Shown: positions 47,307 to 57,229, counted from the first letter of the stretch. The stretch: 64,000 nucleotides of DNA from an uncultured Bacteroidales bacterium (GCA_964502355.1 CAZCWK010000007.1:7091-71090); one strand, 5' to 3'. Notes: generated by a model not told the origin, from the letters alone. A program made the numbers and translations.

Positions 47307-48785
47307 ATGAAAAAAGTCCGGATTTTGCTTCTGTTATCTTTTTTTGCTGCGGTTTCACAATTTAGTGCAGCATCTGTCAGGTTGCCTAAGGTGATTTCAT
47401 CGAACATGGTGTTGCAACGTGACATGCCTGTCAAGATATGGGGTGAAGCCACTCCGGGAGAAAAAGTGACGATCAATTTTGGTGAGCAGGTAAAGTCTGC
47501 AACTACTTTGGAAAATGGAAAATGGTTTGTAACTCTTGATCCATTGAAAGCTTCTTTCATTTCTCAAAATCTGAAGATTTCTACACCTGATAAAGACACT
47601 GTCCTTACAAATATTCTTGTCGGGGAAGTTTGGTTATGCGGTGGTCAGTCGAATATGGAATATCCTATGAGAAGAGGCCTTAAAAAATATGCAGCGCCTG
47701 CAAGAGGTAACGATTTGGCTGAAAGTGAATGGAAAAGTGGTGGAAGTAAAAATATCAGGTTGATGATTGTGGAAAAGAAAAACAGTTTGCCAGATTGTAC
47801 TTCAAAAGGGTGGGAGATTTGCAGCGATACTTCCCTGGCTCCGTTCTCGGCTGTTGGTTATTATTTCGGTAAATACCTTCAGGAAGACCTTGATGTTCCT
47901 GTCGGTCTTATAAGCTCCAGCTGGGGCGGGAGCAGGATAGAGCGCTGGACTCCGGTCGCATCATATGAGAATTCTGATATTTTCAAAGATGAAGTCACGG
48001 CGAAACCGGGATTTATTGACGGTATTGATGCCGGATTACATTTCAACAGCATGATTTCACCTCTGGGTCCTTATGGGATAAGGGGTTTCATCTGGTATCA
48101 GGGTGAATCAAACCTGATGATACATGATAATAGATATGTTGAAAAAACCGGGTTGTTGACAGACGCGTGGAGAAAATTATTTGAGAGTCCTGAAGCTCCT
48201 TTTTATTATGTTCAGGTTGCCCCATACAGCTACACAAAAAGAAAAGATAAACTGGTTCATGCTCCTGAGACTATGGCTGAATTTTGTGAATTGCAGACTA
48301 AGTGTCTGGCTATTCCGGGAACCGGTCAGGTTATTGTGACGGATCTTGTTGATGATCTTTCAAATATACACCCTTCATATAAGTGGGAAGTAGGCAGGAG
48401 ATTATCTTTGGTTGCACTTGCAAAAACTTATGGTAAAAAAGATTTAGTCTTTTCAGGCCCTTCTTTTAAATCGATGGATATCAGGAAGAAAAAAGTATTT
48501 CTGACTTTTGAAAACATTGGCGCCGGCCTTACTGCAGGAATACGCAATCAACAAACCAATGAGTTTGAGAAAGTGGAAAATGCTGATTTGAATTGGTTTA
48601 CTATAGCCGGGGAAGACGGTAAGTTTTATCCTGCAAAGGCAGTAATTAAGGATAATCAGGTCGTGGTTTCATCACCGGAAGTAAAAAAACCAAAGTATGT
48701 GCGTTTTGCATGGGATGAAAAAGCTATGCCAAATTTCTTTAACAAAGAAGGATTGCCTGCTGTTCCTTTCAGGACAGGTTTGTAA
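47307..48785 (+). CDS. Sialate O-acetylesterase-family (SASA/SGNH-like) carbohydrate esterase, secreted
   Basis: 492 aa with a signal peptide. Catalytic block GEVWLCGGQSNME and downstream WYQGESN. Confidence 0.85.
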   Translation: MKKVRILLLLSFFAAVSQFSAASVRLPKVISSNMVLQRDMPVKIWGEATPGEKVTINFGEQVKSATTLENGKWFVTLDPLKASFISQNLKISTPDKDTVLTNILVGEVWLCGGQSNMEYPMRRGLKKYAAPARGNDLAESEWKSGGSKNIRLMIVEKKNSLPDCTSKGWEICSDTSLAPFSAVGYYFGKYLQEDLDVPVGLISSSWGGSRIERWTPVASYENSDIFKDEVTAKPGFIDGIDAGLHFNSMISPLGPYGIRGFIWYQGESNLMIHDNRYVEKTGLLTDAWRKLFESPEAPFYYVQVAPYSYTKRKDKLVHAPETMAEFCELQTKCLAIPGTGQVIVTDLVDDLSNIHPSYKWEVGRRLSLVALAKTYGKKDLVFSGPSFKSMDIRKKKVFLTFENIGAGLTAGIRNQQTNEFEKVENADLNWFTIAGEDGKFYPAKAVIKDNQVVVSSPEVKKPKYVRFAWDEKAMPNFFNKEGLPAVPFRTGL

Positions 48786-48867
48786 ATTTATTTTATAAAC
48801 TGATACTTAATAATTAAAATTTATAATTAAGACTTAACAAAAAGGGTGTGATTTGCAACAAAAACCT

Positions 48868-48875
48868 TATTTTTG
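48868..48875 (+). promoter_or_regulatory. -7 promoter box TATTTTTG (TAnnTTTG) for ilvE
   Basis: Exact consensus match 41 nt upstream of the ATG. It sits within a 17-mer that is identical to one upstream of the M23 peptidase gene. Confidence 0.4.
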
Positions 48876-48915
48876 CATCTATTAAAATAAAAACACTCCA
48901 ATTTCTACCTATAGT

Positions 48916-49938
48916 ATGAATGATTTAAACTGGTCCGAACTTTCGTTTGGATATATACCAACGGATTACAATGTTCGTTGTTACTTTACTGAAGGCAAAT
49001 GGGGAGATCTTGAGATCTCTTCTTCTGAAAATATAACGATGCATATGGCTGCAACCTGTCTTCATTACGGACAGGAGGCTTTCGAGGGTTTAAAAGCTTT
49101 CAGGGGCCCGGATGGCAAAGTCAGAGTCTTTCGTATGGATGAAAATGCAAAGAGGATGGCTGATACTGCTGAAGCAATCATGATGCAACCTTTCCCTGTT
49201 GAAAAGTTCAGGGAAGCTGTATGTAAAGCCGTTAAGTTAAATGAAAGATTTGTGCCACCTTATGAATCAGGTGCATCACTGTATATTCGTCCTTTGTTAA
49301 TTGGTACCGGCCCAAAAGTTGGTGTTCAACCTGCTGATGATTATTTATTTGTGATTTTTGTGACTCCTGTTGGCCCTTATTTTAAGGGTGGTTTCAAACC
49401 TACAAAAATGGTTATCATGCGTGAATATGACAGAGCTGCACCTAATGGCACCGGCAATATAAAGGTCGGTGGTAATTATGCTGCAAGTTTGAAGTCCGGC
49501 CATATTGCTCACGATATGGGTTATGCCTCAGTATTATATCTTGACTCAAGAGAGAAGAAATATATTGACGAATGTGGTGCTGCTAATTTCTTTATGATTA
49601 AGGATAATGTTTATGCCACTCCTGAATCCAAATCTATTCTGCCTTCAATAACAAATAAAAGTTTGATGAAGCTTGCTGAAGATATGGGTATGAAGGTTGA
49701 ACGTCGTAAAATTACTGTTGAAGAGCTTGCTGATTTTGATGAAGTCGGGGCTTGTGGTACAGCGGCTGTAATTACTCCTATTAGTATGATTGATGATTAC
49801 GATACAGGTAAAAGTTATATTTTTACCAAAGATGATAAACCCGGTAAAGTTTGTGAAAAACTTTACAATACTTTAAGAGGTATTCAGTACGGTGAGATTG
49901 AAGATCCTTACGGATGGACAACTATAATTGATTTTTAA
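48916..49938 (+). CDS. ilvE: Branched-chain amino acid aminotransferase
   Basis: 340 aa, class IV aminotransferase. YGQEAFEGLKAF, GTGNIKVGGNYAASL and ECGAANFF blocks. Confidence 0.92.
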   Translation: MNDLNWSELSFGYIPTDYNVRCYFTEGKWGDLEISSSENITMHMAATCLHYGQEAFEGLKAFRGPDGKVRVFRMDENAKRMADTAEAIMMQPFPVEKFREAVCKAVKLNERFVPPYESGASLYIRPLLIGTGPKVGVQPADDYLFVIFVTPVGPYFKGGFKPTKMVIMREYDRAAPNGTGNIKVGGNYAASLKSGHIAHDMGYASVLYLDSREKKYIDECGAANFFMIKDNVYATPESKSILPSITNKSLMKLAEDMGMKVERRKITVEELADFDEVGACGTAAVITPISMIDDYDTGKSYIFTKDDKPGKVCEKLYNTLRGIQYGEIEDPYGWTTIIDF

Positions 49939-49954
49939 GTTATTAAATAAATAT

Positions 49955-49997
49955 ATGTCCTTGCCTTTTTATATATTGGCAAGGACATTTTGATTTT
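49955..49997 (+). terminator. Rho-independent terminator after ilvE
   Basis: 11-bp stem ATGTCCTTGCC / GGCAAGGACAT, 12-nt loop, then TTTGATTTT. It ends 2 nt before the trmB ATG. Confidence 0.7.
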
Positions 49998-49999
49998 AT

Positions 50000-50764
50000 A
50001 TGGGAAAGAACAAGCTTCAGAAATTCAGCGATATGAGTAATTGGGATCATGTCTTTGAATTTGCTCAGTATGATGAAAATGAAACCGATAATTTTCTGAA
50101 AGGCAACTGGGCAATAAAAGTTTTTGGTAATAATAATCCGGTTGTACTTGAACTTGGCTGCGGTAAAGGAGAATATGCTGTTGCTCTTGCAGAATTATAC
50201 CCTGAAGTAAATTTCATAGGTATAGATCTTAAGGGCTCAAGGATGTGGACAGGTGCAAAAGAGGCAAAGGACAAAGGCTTGAAGAATGTAGCTTTTTTAA
50301 GAACTCATATTGAATTTATAACAAGGTTTTTTGCAAAGGATGAAGTCTCGGAAATATGGCTTACTTTCCCTGATCCTCAGATGAAAAAGACACGTAAACG
50401 ACTTACATCAACCCGTTTCCAGGATCTTTACAGTAAAATTCTTAAAGATAATGGTATAATTCATCTGAAAACTGACAGTACGTTCATGTACAGATATACC
50501 ATGGAAATGATTAGGATAAATGAGTTGAATGTGGTATTTTCATGTGATGATCTTTATCACAGTGGCTGGGATGATAAAATTTTATCAATTCAGACTTTTT
50601 ACGAAAAGCAATGGCTGATGAGAGGTTTGAACATCAAATACGTTCAGTTTAATCTGGTGAGTAAAACCGAATGGATTGAGCCTGAAACCGAAATCGAACC
50701 TGACAGCTACCGTAGTTTCGGAAGAAGTGCAAGGAATATTGAGAATGTAATAACAACAAAATAG
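50000..50764 (+). CDS. trmB: tRNA (guanine46-N7)-methyltransferase
   Basis: 254 aa. SAM motif VVLELGCGKGEY and FPDPQMKK block. Confidence 0.9.
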   Translation: MGKNKLQKFSDMSNWDHVFEFAQYDENETDNFLKGNWAIKVFGNNNPVVLELGCGKGEYAVALAELYPEVNFIGIDLKGSRMWTGAKEAKDKGLKNVAFLRTHIEFITRFFAKDEVSEIWLTFPDPQMKKTRKRLTSTRFQDLYSKILKDNGIIHLKTDSTFMYRYTMEMIRINELNVVFSCDDLYHSGWDDKILSIQTFYEKQWLMRGLNIKYVQFNLVSKTEWIEPETEIEPDSYRSFGRSARNIENVITTK

Positions 50765-50773
50765 TATACAGCT

Positions 50774-51883
50774 ATGCAACTATACCCCAAGTTAATAAAA
50801 GATGCTTTAAGTAAGGTAAGATATCCCGGAACAGGTGTTGATATTGTAAGTTCGGGTATCGTACAGGATAACATAAGAATTGATGGTAACAATGTGAGCT
50901 TTTCAATGCAATTTGAAAAGCCAAATGATCCTTTCGCAAAATCTGTTGTAAAGGCTGCTGAAACCGCTATCAAAACATATGCTGACGAAAATGCTATTGT
51001 AAATATTGAAGTTATATCAAAACAAATCATAAAACAGGAGCCTGTGAATCCACTCGGTTCTGTTAAGAATATTATTGCAGTTTCATCAGGAAAAGGAGGA
51101 GTCGGTAAATCTACTGTAACTTCCAATCTGGCTGTAGCTATTGCAGCTATGGGATATAAAGTCGGACTGCTGGATGCTGATATTTTCGGACCTTCTATGC
51201 CTAAAATGTTCGGGGTTGAAGATGAGAAGCCATATATGGAGAAAATTGACGGTAAGGATATGATTATTCCTATTGAAAAATACGGAGTTAAATTACTGTC
51301 GATAGGTTTTTTTGTAAATAAAGAAGATGCCGTAGTATGGCGTGGAGGAATGGCTTCAAATGCCTTGAAGCAGCTTATTACAGATTGCCATTGGGGAGAG
51401 CTGGATTATTTCTTTATCGATATGCCTCCCGGCACGAGTGATATACACCTGACAATAGTACAGACAATTCCTGTAACCGGTGCAATTGTAGTAAGTACAC
51501 CTCAGCAGGTTGCACTGATTGATGCAAGGAAAGGTATAAGTATGTTTACCGGTGATAAAGTTAATGTACCCATTCTTGGTTTGGTTGAAAATATGTCATG
51601 GTTTACACCAGCAGAACTGCCTGAAAATAAATACTATATATTTGGTAAAGAAGGCTGCAAAACTTTAGCTGAGGAGCTTGATATACCATTACTTGGTCAG
51701 ATTCCAATCGTTCAAAGTATTTGTGAAGGCGGAGATGATGGTAAACCTGTAGGGCTTAATGAAGATACTATAACTGGAAGTGCTTTTGCAAAACTTGCTC
51801 AAAGTGTTGTTGAAAGAGTCGATGAAAGAAACAAAACAATGCCTGAAACACAGACTGTAAAAGTGAGTGTGAAGCCGCATTAA
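50774..51883 (+). CDS. apbC: Mrp/NBP35 family iron-sulfur cluster carrier ATPase
   Basis: 369 aa. N-terminal DUF59-like domain, Walker A AVSSGKGGVGKSTVTSNLA and FIDMPPGTSD. Confidence 0.92.
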   Translation: MQLYPKLIKDALSKVRYPGTGVDIVSSGIVQDNIRIDGNNVSFSMQFEKPNDPFAKSVVKAAETAIKTYADENAIVNIEVISKQIIKQEPVNPLGSVKNIIAVSSGKGGVGKSTVTSNLAVAIAAMGYKVGLLDADIFGPSMPKMFGVEDEKPYMEKIDGKDMIIPIEKYGVKLLSIGFFVNKEDAVVWRGGMASNALKQLITDCHWGELDYFFIDMPPGTSDIHLTIVQTIPVTGAIVVSTPQQVALIDARKGISMFTGDKVNVPILGLVENMSWFTPAELPENKYYIFGKEGCKTLAEELDIPLLGQIPIVQSICEGGDDGKPVGLNEDTITGSAFAKLAQSVVERVDERNKTMPETQTVKVSVKPH

Positions 51884-51894
51884 TTATATCAAAA

Positions 51895-52767
51895 ATGAGA
51901 TTAAAATCTGCCGGTTATAGAAATATTTCAATTCTGGTATTATTTATTCTGATATTCAACCCTTCTTTTTCTCAGATTCAGAAACCATGGGTTGAACAAA
52001 TGAAATTTTCACCATCATATTTTGGTCCTAATGCATTACCTGTTCCCGAATTTAATGAAGGTCGGTTACCAGATAATCATTATGCTGCGTTATCGGTTGA
52101 TAACTTTTGGGGTTATGGAGACAATACTCAAAGTTTATCTGTAAGATTAAATTATGCATTCATACCGGGTCGTTTATCTTTAAATGCATGGGGTGTGATA
52201 GGTGAGCATTATAAAGTCACGCAGGATGTAGCAAATCAAAGAAAAATGGCTACTGATAAACTTGATGATTTTTATGCAACAGGCGATTTCTACTTATCAA
52301 CAATGATTGGTCTTGTCAAAGAAAACAAGGTAATCCCCGATCTGAATTTTGAAATCATTCTCAAGACGGCATCAAGCAAAACTCCATCAAGTGCAAGATA
52401 TTTTGATACTCCAGGTTATTGTTTCAATTTATTTGCAGGTAAATCTTTTTTTATTAAAAACGGTTTCGTAAACGAAATTCGTCTGGCTGCGAATTATGGT
52501 TTCCTGTGTTATCAAACAAATACATTGTTTCAAAATGATGCCTGGTTATATGGCACTGAACTAATTCTTAATTCTGGTTGTTTTAGATGGAGTAATGGTA
52601 TAGGAGGTTATTCCGGTTGGTTGGAGAATGGTGATTGTCCTGTTGTTTTAAGAAGTAAGCTGACATATTCATTAAGTCATCTGGATTTCTTCATGCAATA
52701 TCAAAAATCATTAAGAGATTATCCTTTTAACAGGATTCAAACCGGGATTTCACTTACTATAAATTGA
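51895..52767 (+). CDS. Hypothetical exported protein, possibly an outer-membrane beta-barrel
   Basis: 290-aa intact ORF starting 11 nt after apbC. Signal peptide ISILVLFILIFNPSFSQ and an alternating aromatic/polar pattern. I recognise no family. Confidence 0.45.
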   Translation: MRLKSAGYRNISILVLFILIFNPSFSQIQKPWVEQMKFSPSYFGPNALPVPEFNEGRLPDNHYAALSVDNFWGYGDNTQSLSVRLNYAFIPGRLSLNAWGVIGEHYKVTQDVANQRKMATDKLDDFYATGDFYLSTMIGLVKENKVIPDLNFEIILKTASSKTPSSARYFDTPGYCFNLFAGKSFFIKNGFVNEIRLAANYGFLCYQTNTLFQNDAWLYGTELILNSGCFRWSNGIGGYSGWLENGDCPVVLRSKLTYSLSHLDFFMQYQKSLRDYPFNRIQTGISLTIN

Positions 52768-52789
52768 TCATCAATCAATTTAGGGCTGG

Positions 52790-53776
52790 ATGTACAGATT
52801 TGGTTATTATATAATTACAATTTTTCTCATGTTTTTGTCTGCATGTAGTAATTTGCAGACAAACAAATCTTTATTCGGAGAAAACTCACTTTCAAAAAAA
52901 ACAGGTATGGCAGATTTTAAATCAATCGGTTTCCTTAGTGATGAGGAAAAGGCGGTAATGTTGAATAAAGCAACAGAAAGACCATTTACAGGTATTTATG
53001 AAGATTTTAATGAAGAAGGTACATATTTGTGTAAACAATGCCACGCACCACTTTATTCTTCATCAAGTAAATTTAATTCAGGATGTGGATGGCCAAGTTT
53101 TGATGATGAACTACCGGGGGCTGTCAAAAGGACTACAGACAAGGATGGAAGGAGGACTGAAATTGTCTGTGCTAAGTGTGAAGCTCACCTGGGACATGTT
53201 TTTACCGGAGAGGGTTTTACACAAAAAGATACAAGGCATTGTGTTAATTCCATCTCACTTGAATTTGCTGATAAAACACCGGAGGCATTAAAAATGACTG
53301 AAACAGCAATTTTCGCAGGTGGCTGCTTCTGGGGAGTAGAACATCTGATGAAAGATATTGATGGGGTCATTTCAGTTGTAAGCGGATATATAGGAGGGAC
53401 AACGGATTATCCTACATATAAAGATGTATGTACCGGGAGGACAGGTCATGCAGAAGCCGTAAGAGTTTTCTTTGATCCGCTGAAAACAGACTACAGGACT
53501 TTAGCCAAACTGTTTTTTGAAATACATGATCCTGAACAGGTCAATCGTCAGGGCCCGGATATCGGTTTGCAATACAGATCCGAAATCTTTTATACTAATC
53601 CGATGCAAAAGATTATTGCAGAGGAGCTTATAGGTGATCTTGAGCAGAAGGGCTACAAAATTGCAACAAAAGTTACAGAAGCTTCAGTATTTTGGGAAGC
53701 CGAAGATTATCATCAGGACTATTATGAAAGAAAGGGAACTGAACCTTACTGTCATGCACACATTAGTCGATTCTGA
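52790..53776 (+). CDS. msrAB: Bifunctional methionine sulfoxide reductase B/A, predicted lipoprotein
   Basis: 328 aa. Lipobox FLSACSN. MsrB zinc Cys pairs CKQCHAP and CAKCEAHLGHVF plus catalytic RHCVNS; then MsrA GGCFWGVEH. Confidence 0.92.
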   Translation: MYRFGYYIITIFLMFLSACSNLQTNKSLFGENSLSKKTGMADFKSIGFLSDEEKAVMLNKATERPFTGIYEDFNEEGTYLCKQCHAPLYSSSSKFNSGCGWPSFDDELPGAVKRTTDKDGRRTEIVCAKCEAHLGHVFTGEGFTQKDTRHCVNSISLEFADKTPEALKMTETAIFAGGCFWGVEHLMKDIDGVISVVSGYIGGTTDYPTYKDVCTGRTGHAEAVRVFFDPLKTDYRTLAKLFFEIHDPEQVNRQGPDIGLQYRSEIFYTNPMQKIIAEELIGDLEQKGYKIATKVTEASVFWEAEDYHQDYYERKGTEPYCHAHISRF

Positions 53777-54021
53777 GAAATGCATAATCATCAGGACTTT
53801 TTTTGAAATAAAGTGATTTGGAACTTGCTGTTTTGCACACTTTTTCTGATTATGAGAACTGCATAAATATTCTATATTTAACAGATATTAACACTTCAAT
53901 TAAAGAAAAATTTCCGTAATTTGCATTGCCAAATTATAACTCTTTCTATTGATGTCTGTGCTCTTTTTTTCTTCTTTTTTATAATCATTTTTTGTTATAC
54001 TCAAAGGTTAAAAATTTGTAT

Positions 54022-54657
54022 ATGGTTGATTTGAACATATTTAGCGGGATTCTTGATTGGTATATGTCGAATATGAATTATTTGACAATTTTTATTCTGA
54101 TGACAATAGAAAGCACGTTCATACCGTTGCCAAGTGAGTTGGTTTTGCCTCCTGCTGCTTATCTGGCATCTCAGGGAGAATTGAATATGTTTCTTATAGT
54201 TCTTTCCTCTACATTTGGTTGTCTGACAGGAGCCATGATTAACTATGTTCTATCATATTATCTTGGAAGAGCTATTATTTATGGATTGGCTGAAAGTAAA
54301 TATGCCAAAATCTTTTTTATAAACCGTGCAAAACTTGAAAAAGCAGAAAAATATTTCATTGATAATGGTAACAGTTCCACTTTCATTGGCAGATTAGTGC
54401 CCGGAATCAGACATCTTATTTCAATACCTGCCGGGTTGGCTAAGATGAATCTCAAAAAATTCATGTTGTTTACTTTTGTAGGGTCGGCAATCTGGAATAC
54501 AATTCTTTCATTACTTGGATACTATTTTGGTAAAAACGAGGATGTCCTGATGAAGTATTTTCATGAAATGAAATGGGTAGCTTTGGGCTTAGGTATAATT
54601 TTCGCCGGCTATCTGGTGTACAAAGGATTAAGAAAAAAGGCCAAAAAGACCTTATAA
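54022..54657 (+). CDS. DedA family membrane protein
   Basis: ESTFIPLPSELVLPPAAYLA and TFIGRLVPGIRHLISIPAG blocks. The track start (53992) is a TTG; the first ATG is at 54022. Confidence 0.85.
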   Translation: MVDLNIFSGILDWYMSNMNYLTIFILMTIESTFIPLPSELVLPPAAYLASQGELNMFLIVLSSTFGCLTGAMINYVLSYYLGRAIIYGLAESKYAKIFFINRAKLEKAEKYFIDNGNSSTFIGRLVPGIRHLISIPAGLAKMNLKKFMLFTFVGSAIWNTILSLLGYYFGKNEDVLMKYFHEMKWVALGLGIIFAGYLVYKGLRKKAKKTL

Positions 54658-54696
54658 TATAATAACATAATATAGAATTAAATACGTAAGAAACGT

Positions 54697-56481
54697 ATGA
54701 AAAAAGAAATTAAGTTCAGTTTACTTTACAGAGACATGTGGCAGTCTTCAGGGAAATATGTCCCAAGGGTTGATCAGCTTGTCCAGATAGCACCTGTTAT
54801 AATTGATATGGGTTGCTTTGCCAGAGTTGAAACAAACGGAGGTGCCTTTGAGCAGGTTAACCTGCTTTTTGGTGAAAATCCAAATAAAGCAGTCAGGGAA
54901 TGGACTGCTCCTTTCAACAAAGTTGGTATTCAAACTCATATGCTTGAGCGTGCTTTGAATGGATTAAGAATGTATCCTGTACCTGCAGATGTGAGAAGAT
55001 TGATGTATAAAGTTAAGAATGCGCAGGGTACAAACATCTCAAGGTCATTTTGTGGTCTTAACGATCCTCGTAACCTTGAACTTTCAGTTAAGTTTGCAAA
55101 AGAAGCCGGTATGATTTCACAGGCTGCTTTATGTATTACAAGTTCACCTGTTCATACAATAGAGTATTATACTGCTCTTGCTGACAAACTGGTTGGCTTT
55201 GGTGCTGATGAAATTTGTCTTAAGGATATGGCTGGTATAGGTCGTCCTGCATTTCTTGGCAAATTGGTAAAATCAATCAAGGATAGGCATCCTAAGATTG
55301 TAATCGAATATCATGGACATTCGGGTCCCGGTTTCTCAACTGCCTCAATGCTTGAAGTTGCACGTGCCGGTGCAGATTATATTGATGTTGCGATGGAACC
55401 ACTTTCATGGGGTACTATTCATCCTGATGTAATAACAATACAGGAAATGCTGAAAGATGACGGTTTCCTTGTACCTGAAATCAATATGAATGCTTATATG
55501 GAAGCCCGTGAGCTTACTCAGAGTTTCATTGACGATTTCCTCGGATATTTTATTGATCCTTCCAATAAGCAGATGAATTCATTACTTGTAGGCTGCGGTT
55601 TACCAGGCGGAATGATGGGTTCTATGATGGCTGATTTGAGAGGAATGCATAATGCTATTAACATGGCATTGAGGCAAAACAATAAAAGAGAGGTAACTTT
55701 CAGTCAGCTTGTAGTTCAGCTATTTGATGAAGTTAAATATGTATGGCCTAAACTTGGTTATCCTCCATTAGTGACACCATTCAGTCAATACGTTAAGAAT
55801 ATTGCTTTAATGAATATCTTCTCGATGGCCAAAGGTGAACCAAGATTCTCTAATATTGACAAAGATAGTATGAATATGATACTTGGTAAGACAGGTAAGT
55901 TGCCTGGTGAGCTTGCACCTGAACTTGTTAAGCTTGTCAAGGATAAAGGTCTGGAATTCTATACCGGCAATCCACAGGATGAATTCCCTGATGCTTTGGA
56001 TACCTACAGGGAAGAAATGAAAGCTAATGGCTGGGATACAGGTAAAGATGATGAAGAATTATTAGAACTTGCTATGCATGACAGACAATACAGGGATTAC
56101 AAATCAGGAGTTGCAAAACAACGCTTTGAACAGGAACTGGAACAGGCTAAAGAAAAGGCCGGAGCTCCGGTTATTGTTACAAGACCTGTAGTGGAAGTCC
56201 CGAATATTGATGCAGAATCAATTGTGAAAGCCCATCCAAATGCTATTGCTGTTCAGGCTCCATGCAGCGGACAAATTGTATGGCAGGTTGATGTTGTTGA
56301 ACAATCAACAGCTCCGACAATTGGAACAACTTTCAAGGCTACCGAACCAATATGCTTCATCCAGACAATATATGGTCTTGAACAGGTCGATGCCAATTTT
56401 GATGGTAAGCTGATTTTTGTTGATGCTCCACAGGGTGGTAAGGTTGTTAAAAATCAGATTATTGCTTTTATTGAGCCTTGA
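54697..56481 (+). CDS. 5S-type carboxyltransferase (oxaloacetate decarboxylase alpha / pyruvate carboxylase B / transcarboxylase 5S family) with a degenerate C-terminal biotinyl-like domain
   Basis: 594 aa. LYRDMWQS, carbamyl-Lys block ICLKDMAGI and metal block YHGHSGPG. The C-terminal 82 aa has the biotinyl-domain pattern (VQAPCSGQIV...GKLIFVDAPQGGKVVKNQIIAFIE), but IQTIYGLE replaces the (E)AMKM(E) motif. Confidence 0.85.
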   Translation: MKKEIKFSLLYRDMWQSSGKYVPRVDQLVQIAPVIIDMGCFARVETNGGAFEQVNLLFGENPNKAVREWTAPFNKVGIQTHMLERALNGLRMYPVPADVRRLMYKVKNAQGTNISRSFCGLNDPRNLELSVKFAKEAGMISQAALCITSSPVHTIEYYTALADKLVGFGADEICLKDMAGIGRPAFLGKLVKSIKDRHPKIVIEYHGHSGPGFSTASMLEVARAGADYIDVAMEPLSWGTIHPDVITIQEMLKDDGFLVPEINMNAYMEARELTQSFIDDFLGYFIDPSNKQMNSLLVGCGLPGGMMGSMMADLRGMHNAINMALRQNNKREVTFSQLVVQLFDEVKYVWPKLGYPPLVTPFSQYVKNIALMNIFSMAKGEPRFSNIDKDSMNMILGKTGKLPGELAPELVKLVKDKGLEFYTGNPQDEFPDALDTYREEMKANGWDTGKDDEELLELAMHDRQYRDYKSGVAKQRFEQELEQAKEKAGAPVIVTRPVVEVPNIDAESIVKAHPNAIAVQAPCSGQIVWQVDVVEQSTAPTIGTTFKATEPICFIQTIYGLEQVDANFDGKLIFVDAPQGGKVVKNQIIAFIEP

Positions 56482-56503
56482 TTTTAAATAAAATACAAAA
56501 TGG

Positions 56504-56540
56504 AAATGGTGTCCCGGACTTTCAGGACACCATTTTTTTT
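56504..56540 (+). terminator. Rho-independent terminator after the carboxyltransferase gene
   Basis: 11-bp stem AAATGGTGTCC / GGACACCATTT, 10-nt loop, with a T run extending to 56540. Confidence 0.75.
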
Positions 56541-56674
56541 AAATCATTTAAGCTCTGTGGAAATTAAGCCTTTTAGCCGTTTACATCGAGGTTTGTTCGA
56601 TTCAGTACAGGCAAAAACATTTTGTGATTTGCCCAACGCATAGCATCGGGGAATGCGTTTACCGGTACTTAATA

Positions 56675-57229
56675 TTATAATATTGCTTCAATATCTTGCT
56701 CCAGCTTGTCAAGAGAGTCACCTGATAAATACCTTTTGATTATATTACCTTCCTTATCTATCAGGAACTTGTTGAAATTCCATTTAATTGGTGCACCTCC
56801 TGTATTCTCTTTAAGGTATTTGTACAAAGGATCTGCATCCTTGCCATTTACCTTAATCTTAGCAAAAACCGGGAATGTTACTCCATAATTCAATTGGCAG
56901 AAACTTTGAATTTCTTCATTACTACCGGGCTCCTGACCGGCAAACTGGTTACATGGAAAGCCAAGTATAACAAAATTCTTATCAATAAATTTCTTATAAA
57001 GAGCTTCAAGAGGACCATATTGCTTGGTGAAACCGCACTTGCTGGCGACATTGACTATCAATAATGTCTTACCCTTATATTCGGAAAGATTAACTATCTC
57101 TCCCTTGCTGTTTTCTACAGTAAATCCGTATATATCCATTTTTTTAAAGTTTTTTTTTGTTTGATTTTTTGCCGAAATGTTAATGCTCACTAAAATTAGT
57201 AGAGTCAAAGGTATGATAAATTTTTTCAT
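56675..57229 (-). CDS. Glutathione peroxidase family (Cys-type), with a possible N-terminal signal peptide
   Basis: 184 aa. VNVASKCGFT (Cys codon TGC, not TGA), LGFPCNQFAGQEPG and WNFNKFLI. The first 30 aa (MKKFIIPLTLLILVSINISAKNQ...) look like a signal peptide. An internal Met (MDIYGFTV) would give the canonical cytoplasmic form. Confidence 0.9.
   Translation of the reverse strand: MKKFIIPLTLLILVSINISAKNQTKKNFKKMDIYGFTVENSKGEIVNLSEYKGKTLLIVNVASKCGFTKQYGPLEALYKKFIDKNFVILGFPCNQFAGQEPGSNEEIQSFCQLNYGVTFPVFAKIKVNGKDADPLYKYLKENTGGAPIKWNFNKFLIDKEGNIIKRYLSGDSLDKLEQDIEAIL

Noticed and set aside
56675-57229. Possible selenocysteine (TGA) in the glutathione peroxidase active site.
   Set aside because: The active-site residue is encoded by TGC (Cys) and the ORF is uninterrupted.
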